Below, one piece after another: positions 63,290-64,000 of a stretch of DNA of 64,000 bases. Made by a program: the position numbers and the translations under genes. The DNA comes from Amoebidium appalachense. Lineage: Eukaryota; Protista; Ichthyosporea. Positions within the stretch are counted from its first letter, which is position 1. Each line of letters opens with the position of its first letter. The DNA lies in contig CAVNZM010000001.1 in NCBI GenBank assembly GCA_963693365.1, positions 143,844 through 207,843 on the forward strand, read 5' to 3'. Below the pieces are notes generated by a model that made no database searches, was not told where the DNA came from, and saw only the letters and a list, made by a program, of their open reading frames with translations.

Positions 63290-64000
63290 ATTAATGGGGG
63301 TTTGCTAATATTATTTACTTTGATACATTTAATTAGTGAGGAAATCTAATAGATTAGCTCTTAAGAATCTTAATGATGGTCCCATATTGTAGAGGTACCT
63401 TTTGCTAAGAAGGGTTTTATTGGTGGATTTAAAAAATTTGTGAGGGGTTTTAACTGATTAGGAAATAAAAATTTAAGTAATTGAGTTAATAATTTACATG
63501 AAATTCTGTGTAAAATTAGCATGATTTTTAAGATAAAATTAATGTCTCTCATCTAGATTATCTTATAACATTTAATAAGATTAGTGAGGAAATTCAATAA
63601 GTTAGCTCTTAAGAATCTTAATAATAGTCCCATATTGTAGAGGTACCTTTTGATAGGAAGGGTTTTATTGGTGCATTTTTAAACTTTGTGAGGAATTTAA
63701 CTGATTAGAGAATAAAAATCTTCGTGCTTGAGTTAATAATTTACGATAAAATTATATGTAAAATTAGCCTCATTTTTATGTTAAAATTAGTGTCTCTCGT
63801 CTAGATTTTATTATAACTCATAATGAAATTAGTGAGTAAATTCAATAGATTAGCTCTTAAGGGTCTTAATGATGGTCCCATATTGTAGGGACACGGTTTA
63901 AAGAAGGTGATTTTATTGGTACATTTAAAAAATTTGTGAGGGTTTTCAACTGTTTAGGGGATAAAAATTTTGTTACATTAACTCTATTTTTAAGATGAAT
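63290..64000. repeat. AT-rich diverged tandem repeat, period ~247 bp, running off the window end
   Basis: TTAGCTCTTAAGAATCTTAATGATGGTCCCATATTGTAG recurs near 63354, 63602 and 63850. Confidence 0.85.

Noticed and set aside
63370-63552. FNIP/LRR or Zn-finger viral repeat protein
   Set aside because: No consensus match, and the repeat period does not keep a reading frame.

Overview
Eukaryotic nuclear DNA, rich in introns, with almost every intron packed with poly-G/poly-C runs and (CA)n/(TG)n microsatellites, so most ORF-track entries are noise. By manual splicing I reconstructed the 3' end of an unknown gene (+), a 2-exon dual-specificity phosphatase (-), a 6-exon membrane-anchored S10 serine carboxypeptidase (-), an 11-exon Cys-rich/EGF/GH114 glycoside hydrolase (+), a 13-exon COG0523 zinc chaperone ZNG1/CBWD (-) lying head-to-head with a 16-exon DNA polymerase eta (+), and one orphan ORF (-). 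A complete, young tyrosine-recombinase retrotransposon (Ngaro type, split direct repeats, 16114-21764) sits about 90 bp upstream of the carboxypeptidase ATG, and its recombinase seems to need splicing. Other notable structures are a ~300-bp element found twice inside intronic poly-G tracts and an inverted, mostly synonymously diverged copy of POLH exon 8 inside POLH intron 13. From ~58.6 kb there is a decayed mosaic of mitochondrial origin (cox3 with a group I intron twice, atp6, group II intron RT) followed by structured minisatellites. The overall style suggests a unicellular opisthokont such as an ichthyosporean; this is inference only. Exon coordinates were counted by hand and may be off by a few bases.
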